Source of the DNA: an uncultured bacterium
GTDB taxonomy: Bacteria > Patescibacteriota > Patescibacteriia > Magasanikbacterales > GWA2-37-8
DNA: 64,000 nt
NCBI GenBank assembly: GCA_937903605.1
Contig: CALCZC010000025.1
Location: forward strand, 206,618 to 270,617
Direction of reading: 5' to 3'
Of the stretch, positions 37,210 through 47,586 are shown one piece after another (positions within the stretch are counted from its first letter, which is position 1; every line of letters starts with the position of its first letter). A model generated the notes under the pieces. The model ran no database searches, was not told the origin of the DNA, and saw only the letters and a list, made by a program, of their open reading frames with translations. The translations under genes were made by a program, and so were the position numbers.

Positions 37210-38064
37210 CTATTCAATAGCAATCAGAGATTTAAAATTATCTAATAATTTATAAATAGTGGCCGGAAAATATTTTTTATCTTTTTCCATATCCAAAACG
37301 CGAATTTGAAAATTTACTTTCGGATCAAACGGATATTTCTTATTTTTAACGGCGTCTTCTAAAATATTTTTATCGGCTAAATGTTTATAATCATGGTGGT
37401 GCCCGTAATAGCCAAGTTTACTGATCATTTCATCAACAGTTAAACACCAAGAAAAATGGCAACCGGCATAATTCTTATAAAGCCAGCCGTCATAACGCCA
37501 ATTAGCCGGATAATGATATTTATAATACTTGGCAAAACAAACAGTAGGGGCGATAAATTTATTATTTTCCCACAAATAATTTATCCTATAATAAAATTGG
37601 TACAACGGTAATTTAATAGCAGGTCTCCACCATTTCAATTGAGATATTATTTTTGGATATTCTTGACCAAAAATAATTTCATCCGCATCAACCGAAAATA
37701 TAATATCTTTATTCTCCAGTTTAATTTGCGAAGCAAAATAACCGCGAATAATTTTTTCATTCACATCATGAATTATACGGCCATCAGTTTCACTAAACTT
37801 AGCAAAAGCAGAAATATCCCCTTTGATATAAATTATCTTTTCTTTTTCTTCCGGCGTAAACTGATTCCAATAATTTTCAAAAATAAACTCTCTTTCCGAA
37901 CCAATATGCGTGCGATTAAACTCACAAATAATAAATTTATCAACGTAAGGGAAAGCCTCGGATAAATTCAATTTCAAAAATTTAATTTCATTGGGAGCGG
38001 AAAATATTGTTTTTAAATAAATCATATTAAAAAGACTTCCAAATGGAATAGTATTGACTTTCAC
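37210..38064 (-). CDS. hypothetical protein in the glycan cluster (possible glycosyltransferase)
   Basis: 284 aa; DADE acidic motif; no confident family. Confidence 0.3.
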   Translation of the reverse strand: MKVNTIPFGSLFNMIYLKTIFSAPNEIKFLKLNLSEAFPYVDKFIICEFNRTHIGSEREFIFENYWNQFTPEEKEKIIYIKGDISAFAKFSETDGRIIHDVNEKIIRGYFASQIKLENKDIIFSVDADEIIFGQEYPKIISQLKWWRPAIKLPLYQFYYRINYLWENNKFIAPTVCFAKYYKYHYPANWRYDGWLYKNYAGCHFSWCLTVDEMISKLGYYGHHHDYKHLADKNILEDAVKNKKYPFDPKVNFQIRVLDMEKDKKYFPATIYKLLDNFKSLIAIE

Positions 38065-38860
38065 TTTTTAATAATTTCACCCAGAAAGTATCGTTTTGGG
38101 CTACTGCATAATCTAACCAACTTTTGGCGTGAATAATTTTTTTATTTTTTCCTAAAATACCGGCAAAAATAGCAAATGTGCTTGGCGATGAAACGAGAAT
38201 ATCACACTGCGACATTTGATAAAGATCATAAATCGCCGATCTCCTATTGTCACTAATATAGTATTCAACATTTAGCGATTTCAAACAATCTACTGTTTTA
38301 GTAAAAGTATCAAACTTTAGATCGTCGGTAAAAATTACAAAAACCAAATTATTTTCTTTTAATTCTTGTAAACAAAAATCAATTGCCGCCTTATAATATT
38401 CAAACTTTAAAGAAGCATTTTCGTTCCAAGCTTTAAAATCTGTCCCTCGAAAATGTAAACCAACAACCGTTTTATTTTCTGTGCCAAAATTAAAATCTAC
38501 TTTGAATTTATCTTTTATTTTAATAAATTCCTCTGGCGGGTAAAATAAATAATCAAAAAATACTTCCCCTAACATTGGTGGATTAAAAACCACATCTTTC
38601 CCTATATTATTCTCTTTTTTTACAAATTCAACTAATTCTTCCGGTTTAAAATTAAGAACTTCTTTGGAAGTTAGAACTGTCTCTTTTTTAAACAAAGAAA
38701 ACGGTCTTTTTTTCTTTTCCATATCTTCAAAATATTTACTATCCGGTAAGTTGGGATGAAAATAATCAAGACCGGTTTTTTTTGATACTTGTCTTAAAAA
38801 ATGGTAATGAAACAAACGATTACCCATACGGCCTTTGGTAATTTTATTAATACCTATCAT
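38027..38860 (-). CDS. putative alpha-1,2-fucosyltransferase (GT11-like)
   Basis: N-terminal GRMGNRLFHYHF resembles the GT11 GGLGNQMFQYAF motif; GDP-fucose genes gmd/fcl lie nearby. Confidence 0.45.
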   Translation of the reverse strand: MIGINKITKGRMGNRLFHYHFLRQVSKKTGLDYFHPNLPDSKYFEDMEKKKRPFSLFKKETVLTSKEVLNFKPEELVEFVKKENNIGKDVVFNPPMLGEVFFDYLFYPPEEFIKIKDKFKVDFNFGTENKTVVGLHFRGTDFKAWNENASLKFEYYKAAIDFCLQELKENNLVFVIFTDDLKFDTFTKTVDCLKSLNVEYYISDNRRSAIYDLYQMSQCDILVSSPSTFAIFAGILGKNKKIIHAKSWLDYAVAQNDTFWVKLLKSESQYYSIWKSF

Positions 38861-38862
38861 AA

Positions 38863-39615
38863 TTATTTAATTGCTTCAACTGAGGCTGTGTGCCAAAGGG
38901 AGAATTTTAACAAAAGCTCATCTGTGTCTCTATTGTAATAATTTGATTCTAAATTATTGAGTTCTTTATATTCACTTTTTCCAGGATTTTCTTTTATTAT
39001 TAAAGAAAATCCGGCATCTTTTAACTGCTGGGATAATGCGCTAAAATTATAATTATATTTATATCCTTTGTCACCTATGACTTTATTTAACAAACTAACT
39101 CCTATTTTAGGTTCTTTTCTATCATCCACACCCATCACTTCACATGCTTTATTAAAAAAAACTTTATCATCATCACTGATTTCTAAAGGATTAACAATAA
39201 GATTAATAAACAAATCTAAGTTGGGTACACTTATTCTTAGCACGCCGCCAGGTTTTAATACTCTATTACATTCACGTAGCAAATTTAACCCATCTTCGTA
39301 AGATAGATGTTCGTGGACATGTTCTGAATATATAAAATCAAAAGAATCTGAGGGAAGTGGCAACTTTTTCCTTAAATCCATAGGTATTATTTTGGGATCA
39401 CTAAACAAATAAGCTTTGAAACTTTGAAATAGATCAACATTTAACCAGTCGCTAAAATTTCTAGCACCACACCCCAAGTGTAGACACCTAACCTTATGAG
39501 AAAACATATAACTTCTCAACATCTTTTCTCTAAAAAAATATATTATAAAACATTCCGATATTAAAGAAAGTACTTTATCAATTACTTTTTTTATTTTTTT
39601 AAAAATTTTTTTCAT
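38863..39615 (-). CDS. class I SAM-dependent methyltransferase (type 11-like)
   Basis: LHLGCGARNFSDWLNVD and VLKPGGVLRISVPN. Confidence 0.65.
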   Translation of the reverse strand: MKKIFKKIKKVIDKVLSLISECFIIYFFREKMLRSYMFSHKVRCLHLGCGARNFSDWLNVDLFQSFKAYLFSDPKIIPMDLRKKLPLPSDSFDFIYSEHVHEHLSYEDGLNLLRECNRVLKPGGVLRISVPNLDLFINLIVNPLEISDDDKVFFNKACEVMGVDDRKEPKIGVSLLNKVIGDKGYKYNYNFSALSQQLKDAGFSLIIKENPGKSEYKELNNLESNYYNRDTDELLLKFSLWHTASVEAIK

Positions 39616-39620
39616 GTCTA

Positions 39621-40325
39621 TTAATTATTTTTTATTAAAACCGCTCTAAAGCAAAAAAGTTTATTTTCTTTTGAATAGACGGCATTTTGAGGAATAGTAA
39701 AATCAACATTGTCAACAAATTTCAAACCTAATTCTGCTACTATCTTTTTAAAATGATTTAAATCAATTGTTGGATAATCAAAAGTCAAAATTATTAATCC
39801 ATTATCTTTTAAAACACGTCGAAATTCTTTTAATGTCTGACGAAATTTATCAAATTTAAATTTTTTTAACCAAGGAAACTGGTTCAGACGTGATAATTTT
39901 CCCTGCCAATCATTAAGATGTTCTAAAACTGATAAACAATAAATTTTATCAAATTTTTTGTCTTCATAAGGCATTTTCGTTAAAGTTGCTTTGGTATAAT
40001 TAATTGTTTTAAAATATTTATCTTCCATTTTTAAAACAGCTTCTTTACCGAAATCATTTATTATATCCTCTTTTATTTTTTCTTCTTTTAATATCCTGGG
40101 ATCACAATCCAACGCGTGTGTTTCTTTACATCTGTCTAATAGATAAAATTTAAACGGATGAGAAATACCACTCGCCGCATCCAACGAAATATCATCGCTG
40201 TTAATAAATTTACTCGCCCATGCATATTCATAAAAACGACTCCACCAAGAAGGGTTTAGTTTAAAGAAAAAAACATCATTTTTTTCATCATTTAAATTAA
40301 AAAATCTTGATTCGTTTAAATTCAT
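39621..40325 (-). CDS. class I SAM-dependent methyltransferase
   Basis: DKIYCLSVLEHLNDW...LKDNGLIILTF. Confidence 0.55.
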   Translation of the reverse strand: MNLNESRFFNLNDEKNDVFFFKLNPSWWSRFYEYAWASKFINSDDISLDAASGISHPFKFYLLDRCKETHALDCDPRILKEEKIKEDIINDFGKEAVLKMEDKYFKTINYTKATLTKMPYEDKKFDKIYCLSVLEHLNDWQGKLSRLNQFPWLKKFKFDKFRQTLKEFRRVLKDNGLIILTFDYPTIDLNHFKKIVAELGLKFVDNVDFTIPQNAVYSKENKLFCFRAVLIKNN

Positions 40326-40356
40326 AAACTTATTACTTATTACGTAAGTTAATTAA

Positions 40357-41691
40357 TTATTTAATATTAAATACTAAAGAATTACAAATCAAATAAATCT
40401 GTTTTCTTGTTTTTTTAAAAAATAACAACGAAAGAGGTACAAGACTGTAAGAGATAACCGTTGCCCATGCAGCCCCTATGATACCAAACTTGGGGATAAA
40501 CAATAAATTCAGTAAGATATTCAGCACAGCCCCAATTAGCGTAATTATAAAATAAATTTTAGTGTAATTTTCTACTACCAAATAATAATTTATTATGATC
40601 ATTAAAAAACTTGGGACTATCGACCAGATATAAATATTAAAAACTACGGCGGAAAAACTATATTGATAGCCAAATAATATTTTTATGATAAAAGAAGATA
40701 ATGCAAAATTTAAAACAGCTATAACAATTGCTAACCATAAAATTATCAAATACATTTTTTTTAATCTATTTTCAAATAACATATTATCAACTTTTTTAGC
40801 ATTAATTATCGCCGGAAACAAAGAAGCACAAATGATACTAGGAATAAAATACCAAATTTCAGATAATTTTACTGCAACAGAATAAATACCAACTGCCACT
40901 TCGTCCATCATGTGTCTTAAAATTACTTGGTCAATTTTTGAATAAATAACCACTGTTATCGTGGTAAACATCAGAGGGATAGAATCTTTAAGAAGGAGTT
41001 TTATCAAATTAAAATTTATAGACCAATTGAAATATTTTTTATAATTCTTATTATAAAGCAACGTTAATCCGATTGCTAAATTTATACTATCAAATAAATA
41101 AACAGTAATTATCCAAAAAACACCGAGATGTAGATATACAAACAATAATTTAACCAACGTTGATAAAAAAGTAATAATTAACTGAACGGAAACAATTTTT
41201 TTTGACAAAACCTGCGATTGAAAAAAAATACTTATAACTGTAAAGCTTTGAAAAACAAAAGTTAGAGAAAAAACAAAAACTAAAAGTCTTGTTAAAGTAT
41301 CTTCATTTGTAAAAAATGAAACAAAATTAATCACAATAATAGCAATAATTCCGCCAATTAACTTTAACCAAAAACTATTACCCAACAACTCATCTTTTTT
41401 TTCAGGATATTTCACTAATTCACGATTTAAAATATTATCAACACCGAAACCAGCTAAAAAACCAAACAGACTAACAAAACTAATTGTGTAACTCATTGCC
41501 CCGTAATTTTTCGGGCCTAAATATCGAGCAATGTAAGCCCCTATAAAAAAAGCCACGATCATGCTAAAAAATTGCCCAAAAAACATCCAACCCGTATTGG
41601 CAAAATATCTTTTAAAACCGCCGTGCTCCAAAACCCAATGCCATTTCTCTGGCACTATCGGTTTAAGTTTTTGAAATAGAATATCCAACAT
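40357..41691 (-). CDS. wzx: oligosaccharide flippase Wzx (MOP/PST family)
   Basis: 444 aa, ~12 TM; polysaccharide-biosynthesis protein architecture. Confidence 0.7.
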   Translation of the reverse strand: MLDILFQKLKPIVPEKWHWVLEHGGFKRYFANTGWMFFGQFFSMIVAFFIGAYIARYLGPKNYGAMSYTISFVSLFGFLAGFGVDNILNRELVKYPEKKDELLGNSFWLKLIGGIIAIIVINFVSFFTNEDTLTRLLVFVFSLTFVFQSFTVISIFFQSQVLSKKIVSVQLIITFLSTLVKLLFVYLHLGVFWIITVYLFDSINLAIGLTLLYNKNYKKYFNWSINFNLIKLLLKDSIPLMFTTITVVIYSKIDQVILRHMMDEVAVGIYSVAVKLSEIWYFIPSIICASLFPAIINAKKVDNMLFENRLKKMYLIILWLAIVIAVLNFALSSFIIKILFGYQYSFSAVVFNIYIWSIVPSFLMIIINYYLVVENYTKIYFIITLIGAVLNILLNLLFIPKFGIIGAAWATVISYSLVPLSLLFFKKTRKQIYLICNSLVFNIK

Positions 41692-41767
41692 AATTAAATA
41701 ATAATTTATACCAATATACTAATCGTACTAATTATACGAATGCTATACTAATCGAAAATAAAGACGA

Positions 41768-42715
41768 CTACATATTTTGATACCAGGTGTAGGCTAGGTT
41801 TAGGCCTTCTTGCAAACTATATTTTGGTTTCCAACCGAGATTATTGACTTTACTACTATCCATCAACCTCCCCGGTGTGCCGTCAGGCCTATCTGTGTCC
41901 CAAACGATATTTCCTTCATAACCAACTGTTTTTTTGATAAGTTCAGCCAAATTTTTGATAGTAATATCTTCTCCGGCGCCTAAATTGACAAAAATCTCAC
42001 CGCTTTCATTTTGTTCTTTACTCGGATTGAAATTTTGCAATAAAAATATACAACCCTCGGCCATATCATCTACATATAAAAATTCTCGTCTAGGATTACC
42101 TGTGCCCCAGAGAGTCACTTCTTGGTCTCCTCTAATTTTTGCTTCATGAAATTTACGAATCATCGCCGGAATAACATGAGATTTTTCTAAATCAAAATTA
42201 TCATTTGGGCCATAGAGATTTGCCGGCATCACGGAAATGAAATTGGTGCCATATTGGCGATTATAACTTTGGCACATTTTGATACCGGCAATTTTAGCCA
42301 ATGCATACGGTTCATTTGTAGGCTCCAGTGTTCCAGTCAATAAATATTCTTCTTTTACCGGTTCAGGCGCAAATTTAGGATAAATACAGACCGATCCCAA
42401 AAACAACAATTTTTTAACTCCATTTAAATAAGATTGATGAATAACATTGTTTTGGATCTGTAAATTTTGATAGATAAATTCTGCCGGATAAGCGTTATTC
42501 GCTCCAATACCCCCAACTTTCGCGGCCGCCAAAATAACATATTCGGGTTTTTCTGATTCAAAAAATTCCGCTGTAGCCTTTTGGTTGGTCAAATCAAGTT
42601 CTTCAAAAGTTCTGCAAACTAAATTATTGTAACCCTGTGATTGCAAGTTACGAACCAACGCTGAACCGACTAACCCTGTGTGGCCGGCGATGTAGATCTT
42701 GGAGGTAAAGTTCAT
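41768..42715 (-). CDS. fcl: GDP-L-fucose synthase (GDP-4-keto-6-deoxymannose 3,5-epimerase-4-reductase)
   Basis: [15 protein letters not shown]-terminus; partner of the adjacent gmd. Confidence 0.85.
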   Translation of the reverse strand: MNFTSKIYIAGHTGLVGSALVRNLQSQGYNNLVCRTFEELDLTNQKATAEFFESEKPEYVILAAAKVGGIGANNAYPAEFIYQNLQIQNNVIHQSYLNGVKKLLFLGSVCIYPKFAPEPVKEEYLLTGTLEPTNEPYALAKIAGIKMCQSYNRQYGTNFISVMPANLYGPNDNFDLEKSHVIPAMIRKFHEAKIRGDQEVTLWGTGNPRREFLYVDDMAEGCIFLLQNFNPSKEQNESGEIFVNLGAGEDITIKNLAELIKKTVGYEGNIVWDTDRPDGTPGRLMDSSKVNNLGWKPKYSLQEGLNLAYTWYQNM

Positions 42716-42789
42716 AAAGTTTTATAAAGTTTTTCCAATTTATGATTTATGATTTTAGAATTATGAATTATGATTTACAATCGACAAGT

Positions 42790-42880
42790 TGTCATCCTGA
42801 ACCTCAGGTGAAGGATCCCTTAAACAATGTTTAAAAAAATAGTTAAACTACAAGGGATTCTTCGCTCCGCTCAGAATGAC
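42790..42880. repeat. GC-rich palindromic element of the GTCATYCTGAAC...GAAGRATCCC family
   Basis: Arms GTCATCCTGAACCTCAGGTGAAGGATCCC and, reverse-complemented, GTCATTCTGAGCGGAGCGAAGAATCCC; embedded in an AT-repeat copy ending AATCTGCATTCTAAAATCTAAAATT. Confidence 0.65.
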
Positions 42881-42923
42881 GAAATGGTTTACCAATCATC
42901 AATCTGCATTCTAAAATCTAAAA

Positions 42924-43931
42924 TTATTCGCACATCAGTGCGACAAGTTCTTTGAACTTGACTTTCGGTTCCCACCCAAGAATATTCTTCGCTTTGGTGG
43001 CATCACCTAAAAGTAAATCCACTTCCGCCGGACGAAAATAACGTTTATCTATTTCAATAATAGTTTTACCGGTATTTTTATCTATTCCCACTTCCTGTAT
43101 CCCGCTCCCCTGCCAAACAATATCAAAACCGAAATATTTTCCCGCAACTTCAGCAAATTCGCGCACAGTATGAGTTTCTCCAGTGGCAATAACATAATCA
43201 TCGGGTTTATCTTGTTGAAGCATTTTCCACATCGCTTCTACATAATCTTTTGCATATCCCCAATCGCGTTTGGCATCCAGGTTGCCTAAATATAATTTTT
43301 CTTGTTTACCTTCTTTGATATTTCGTAACGCATCGGTGATTTTTTTGGTAACAAAGGTCCCGCCACGACGAGGAGATTCGTGGTTAAAAAGAATTCCGTT
43401 ACAGATAAACATATCATATGACTCGCGATAATTCACACACAGCCAATGCGCGTAAACTTTAGCACAAGCATAAGGACTGCGCGGATAAAAAGGCGTTGTT
43501 TCTTTTTGCGGAGTTTCTTGTACCTTACCAAACATTTCAGATGATCCAGCTTGATAAAATCTGGTTTTTATACCGGTCTCTTTGATAGCGTCCAGCAATC
43601 GTAAAGTTCCCAGTCCATCGGTATTACCTGTGAAAACCGGCATTTCAAAACTTACTTGCACATGACTTTGTGCACCGAGATTATAAATTTCATCAGGTTT
43701 TATTTGCTCCAAAAGGCGAGAAATATTACTACCATCGGTCAAATCTCCATAATGCAAAAACAATTTTACACCGTTCACATGCGGATCTTGATAAAGATGA
43801 TCAATGCGAGAAGTATTGAAAGTGCTGCTACGGCGAATCAAACCATGAACTTCATAGCCTTTAGATAGTAATAACTCGGCTAGGTATGAGCCATCTTGGC
43901 CGGTTATGCCGGTGATGAAAGCTTTTTTCAT
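42924..43931 (-). CDS. gmd: GDP-mannose 4,6-dehydratase
   Basis: [22 protein letters not shown] is the canonical Gmd N-terminus. Confidence 0.9.
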   Translation of the reverse strand: MKKAFITGITGQDGSYLAELLLSKGYEVHGLIRRSSTFNTSRIDHLYQDPHVNGVKLFLHYGDLTDGSNISRLLEQIKPDEIYNLGAQSHVQVSFEMPVFTGNTDGLGTLRLLDAIKETGIKTRFYQAGSSEMFGKVQETPQKETTPFYPRSPYACAKVYAHWLCVNYRESYDMFICNGILFNHESPRRGGTFVTKKITDALRNIKEGKQEKLYLGNLDAKRDWGYAKDYVEAMWKMLQQDKPDDYVIATGETHTVREFAEVAGKYFGFDIVWQGSGIQEVGIDKNTGKTIIEIDKRYFRPAEVDLLLGDATKAKNILGWEPKVKFKELVALMCE

Positions 43932-43957
43932 ATGTATAATCCGAATAACAATTTAAA

Positions 43958-44434
43958 GATTTAAAGATTGAAAGATTTAAAGATTGTTAAATTGTGTAAC
44001 TATTTTTTGTAATGTAAATTATCCAACAAATAACTACGAAAATTCGATAAATGGGTAGAAATCTTGTATATTTCTTCAATTAAATTTTCTGCTGTTTTAT
44101 TTTCTATATAATTATTATCCAATAAAATATATAGAATCGTTCTGACTTCTCCAGCTGAACCTTTGGCAATATTTATAAAATTAGCAAATTCTTTATTTGA
44201 ACTTCTTTCAAAACCTTCAGCTATATTTAAAGAGATTGAATAGGTCGCTCTTTTTAATTGATCACAGATAGAATAGTCCTTTTTTAATTTTTGATTATCG
44301 TCAATCAACTTATAAATATTAGCAACAAATTTTCTTGAAATTTGCCAAATTGGAATATCTTCAAATTTTTTATACTGCATACCCTCCCTTATTAATTAAA
44401 TTTTTAATCTTTAAATCTTTCAATCTTTAAATCT
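43958..44434 (-). mobile_element. cassette with perfect ~29-bp inverted repeats bracketing a second four-helix-bundle protein gene
   Basis: GATTTAAAGATTGAAAGATTTAAAGATT at 43958-43987; its exact reverse complement AATCTTTAAATCTTTCAATCTTTAAATC at 44406-44434. Confidence 0.6.
44000..44380 (-). CDS. four helix bundle protein (TIGR02436; 23S rRNA IVS protein family), second copy
   Basis: 126 aa; ...ATYSISLNIAEGFER...GSAGEVRTILY... family signature. Confidence 0.8.
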   Translation of the reverse strand: MQYKKFEDIPIWQISRKFVANIYKLIDDNQKLKKDYSICDQLKRATYSISLNIAEGFERSSNKEFANFINIAKGSAGEVRTILYILLDNNYIENKTAENLIEEIYKISTHLSNFRSYLLDNLHYKK

Positions 44435-44441
44435 TGCAATT

Positions 44442-46478
44442 TTACTCGCCCGCTGGCGTAGCCATAATCTGTGCAATAATATTATTTTCATTTTCTGTAA
44501 AAGTTACTCCGTTTTGCTGTGCTAATTGCAAAATATTTAAAGCCTTTTCATTTTCTCCGGCGATTTTATAAACATAAGCCAAACGCCAATAGCTTTCACC
44601 AATTTTAGCATTATCTTTTATCGCTCCGTCAAGCAATTTGATAGCGTCGTTAAATTTACCCATCTGCATCTGCAACATAGAAAGCGAATAAATCAACTGC
44701 TGACGGCGCGGTGATTTATTCAGCGCATCTTTGAGATAATTTTCCGCTTCCGCCATTTTTTGTGGATCATTATTAAGTTGTGCCATCACTTGCGCCATTT
44801 GCGACAGAGTCATCTGATTGCGAATGTCTAGGGGGTGAAGATCTGTATTTTTATGCAGTTCCGTAAAACAAACATCTAGGATTTTTTTTAAGAAATCTTT
44901 TTGTGCTTGTTGATTTTGCATCACGGTATAAGCGATTTGCACTACGGAACGAGAGATATCACTCCTGATATCATCAATATGCGGAGATTGAAAATGCAAT
45001 GCATCCTCCACTACACTCAACGCTATGGTCGGATTTTGATTGAGCGCTTTGATGGCAGTGAGAGATTTACTATTAGCACGAGCGGGTTGAAGATTAAAAA
45101 TTAAGATAAAGATTAAGACCAAAATTCCAGCTACAGAAACCGCACCAAAAGAAATGTTTTTATTAACTGAAGCAACTTTTTCAGTATTTTCATCCGGAAG
45201 CAAAGTAAGACGAGAAACCATAGCCAGCACGAACATAAAATAAATATATGAAGTCAAGTTTTCAAATACTGTAATATTTTCCACCAAATGCGAAATCACA
45301 TAGACTGATAAAACAATAAACAAAATCAAATCAATGTGTTTTTTGCGATACGCGATAGTAAGCGAAAAGAAAGCAATAGCAAAAAGTAGTAGATATACCA
45401 AAATACCAAATGTCCCCTGTACTGCCATAGTGTTGAGTACTATGTTGTGCGCATTATCAAACCAAGTTTCACCATATCCATGATCAAGAGATAGTGGGTT
45501 GTAATGAGTATTAAAAACATAAAAATAGTTGTTTGGTCCCCAACCAAAAACCGGTCTATCTTGCCAACCTTGCAGAGCTATTTTCCAAGCAATCCAACGA
45601 GGAGAAGCTTTGATATCAGAATATGAAGTATTGATAGCACGACCAACAGCTGGAATATTTCGGACAAAATCAGTTTGACGATTCAGATATAAAACTCCGA
45701 ATAACAAGGCAAAAGCTATAAGAGACCCCCAGAGATAAATTTTGGCTTTTGGATTATTTCTAAGTGAAACTGCTAATAAAAAGATGGTAAGCGGAATAGC
45801 TATACCCAAAGCCAAGATATCACCACGGGTACCGGAGAAAAAAATGTTGGCAAAAGCTAACAAAAACATCCCGCCCAAAATCCAACGCCAATACTGCTCC
45901 TTTTCCTTGATAAAAAGCAAAATCGCCATTGACGATAAAAACAAAGCATAACCACCCACATAAATAGGGTTCCCCAATGTACTGGCGACACGATCAGAAC
46001 CTTGGTTGAGTAGTAAATCCGGGTTGCCAACTTGTAAAAACCCGACAAACATCACGCCCATACCGGCGGTCAGGAAAACTTTTAAAGCCAAGCGGTAATC
46101 CGCCCAGGTCTGGAGTACCGCACCGACAATGTAAAAATAAATTACATAATGAGTAATAGTAAAAAACCCGAGCATGCGTTCGTGGTTATCCCAAAAACTA
46201 TGATAAGGGTCTACACCCAAAAAAGTAGAAAGTCCGAAACTGAGCCAAAACAAAAATACAGCGATATTTACCGGGGTAAATTTAGGTTTAAATTCTTTAA
46301 AATCTAAAATCAAAAGTAAACTATAAAGCCCAAGCATCACCATGACTATGGAACGGAAGGCCAAAATCTTTGGCACGATGAAGGGAAAAATAAATGAGCT
46401 TGGAAGTACGATAAGCGGAACGAAAAAACTGGCGTAAATTAGCAGTTTTATCGCCAAAATTACTTTGTCTTTAGACAT
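44442..46478 (-). CDS. O-antigen ligase (Wzy_C) family membrane protein with C-terminal TPR repeats
   Basis: 678 aa; ~12 TM N-terminal half; C-terminal ~250 aa of TPR-like helices. Confidence 0.55.
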   Translation of the reverse strand: MSKDKVILAIKLLIYASFFVPLIVLPSSFIFPFIVPKILAFRSIVMVMLGLYSLLLILDFKEFKPKFTPVNIAVFLFWLSFGLSTFLGVDPYHSFWDNHERMLGFFTITHYVIYFYIVGAVLQTWADYRLALKVFLTAGMGVMFVGFLQVGNPDLLLNQGSDRVASTLGNPIYVGGYALFLSSMAILLFIKEKEQYWRWILGGMFLLAFANIFFSGTRGDILALGIAIPLTIFLLAVSLRNNPKAKIYLWGSLIAFALLFGVLYLNRQTDFVRNIPAVGRAINTSYSDIKASPRWIAWKIALQGWQDRPVFGWGPNNYFYVFNTHYNPLSLDHGYGETWFDNAHNIVLNTMAVQGTFGILVYLLLFAIAFFSLTIAYRKKHIDLILFIVLSVYVISHLVENITVFENLTSYIYFMFVLAMVSRLTLLPDENTEKVASVNKNISFGAVSVAGILVLIFILIFNLQPARANSKSLTAIKALNQNPTIALSVVEDALHFQSPHIDDIRSDISRSVVQIAYTVMQNQQAQKDFLKKILDVCFTELHKNTDLHPLDIRNQMTLSQMAQVMAQLNNDPQKMAEAENYLKDALNKSPRRQQLIYSLSMLQMQMGKFNDAIKLLDGAIKDNAKIGESYWRLAYVYKIAGENEKALNILQLAQQNGVTFTENENNIIAQIMATPAGE

Positions 46479-46560
46479 AATTTATTAAATTTTAACAGAC
46501 AGGGCCTATCCCCGCCTTTTGTATTTATAATCTGGTATATTTTACTACAATCAAATTAAA

Positions 46561-46589
46561 TTGACAAGAAGTAAAATTTTTGCTAAAAT
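46561..46589 (+). promoter_or_regulatory. sigma-70 promoter TTGACA-N17-TAAAAT ~340 nt upstream of tsaE
   Basis: The long leader consists of AT repeats and the composite GC element 46690-46854. Confidence 0.45.
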
Positions 46590-46689
46590 TAGCATAATCT
46601 GATATTTCAGATTTATGATTTCAGATTGATGATTTCAGATTTATGATTAATAAATATTGGATATTAGAATATTAGATATTAAAATAATA

Positions 46690-46854
46690 TGTCATTCCCG
46701 CCTCCGAGCGGGAATCCAGTAGTTCGTCATTCTGAATTTATTTCAGGATCTCCCTTTTGTGGCTCAGTAGGGAGATGCCGAAACAAGTTCGGCATGACAC
46801 TTTGTGCTAATTTTTCCTGGATCCCCGCCTTCGCGGGGATGACACAACCTGTCA
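46690..46854. repeat. composite/nested GC-rich palindromic element (TGTCATTCCCGC...GCGGGGATGACA with an internal GTCATTCTGAAT...GGCATGACAC element)
   Basis: Same conserved termini as 27605-27678, with a second element nested between the arms. Confidence 0.65.
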
Positions 46855-46925
46855 TTCTAAAATCTGCAATCATAAATTGTTTGCTAACAAAATAAAACCC
46901 CTATCAGATTAATAAATATATATTT

Positions 46926-47429
46926 ATGAAAGAGTTATTAATTAAGAATGAGAAGGAAATGCTTGATTTCGGAAAAAAAATCGCCGCTGAACTTAAAAGC
47001 GGAGATGTTTTGTGTTTGTATGGGGATTTGGGGGCTGGAAAAACTACGATAACCAAGGGGGTCGCTCAATATTTCGGGATTAAAAAAAGAATCACCAGTC
47101 CGACATTTACTATTTTTAATGTTTATAAATTATCTACAGAAAATTATAAACCGGATCAACCCGACTTCGCTAAAGCTACGCCGGGCAAGCTAAATTTATC
47201 CGAATGCCCCGAATGCAACAAAAAGCCGAAATTATTGGTGCATATCGATGCTTATAGGGTAAAAGACGAGGAAGAATTGTTGGATGTAGGCATTGATGAT
47301 TATTTGGGAGATAGTGAGACTGTTTGCGTGGTAGAATGGGCGGAAAAAGTACCAGATCTTCTTAAAAAAAAGAAATGTGTAGAAGTACACATTGAACACA
47401 CGGAGACGGGACGAAAAATACGATATTAA
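46926..47429 (+). CDS. tsaE: tRNA threonylcarbamoyladenosine biosynthesis ATPase TsaE
   Basis: P-loop GDLGAGKTT and overall YjeE/TsaE fold, with a ~30-aa insertion. Confidence 0.7.
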   Translation: MKELLIKNEKEMLDFGKKIAAELKSGDVLCLYGDLGAGKTTITKGVAQYFGIKKRITSPTFTIFNVYKLSTENYKPDQPDFAKATPGKLNLSECPECNKKPKLLVHIDAYRVKDEEELLDVGIDDYLGDSETVCVVEWAEKVPDLLKKKKCVEVHIEHTETGRKIRY

Positions 47430-47490
47430 TCTCAAAAGTCAAAACGCAAAAGTCAAAACCAAAACCTTAAATGTCAAAACTAACACAAAG

Positions 47491-47581
47491 TGTCATTACG
47501 AATCCGCAAAGCGGATGAAGTAATCCCACTGTTTTCTGAATTTTGTGGGATTGCTTCGTCATTACACTCCTCGCAATGACA
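47491..47581. repeat. GC-rich palindromic element (TGTCATTACGAATCCGC-AAA-GCGGAT ... TCGCAATGACA)
   Basis: Same family; lies between the convergent tsaE and queH genes. Confidence 0.6.
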
Positions 47582-47586
47582 AGGTT

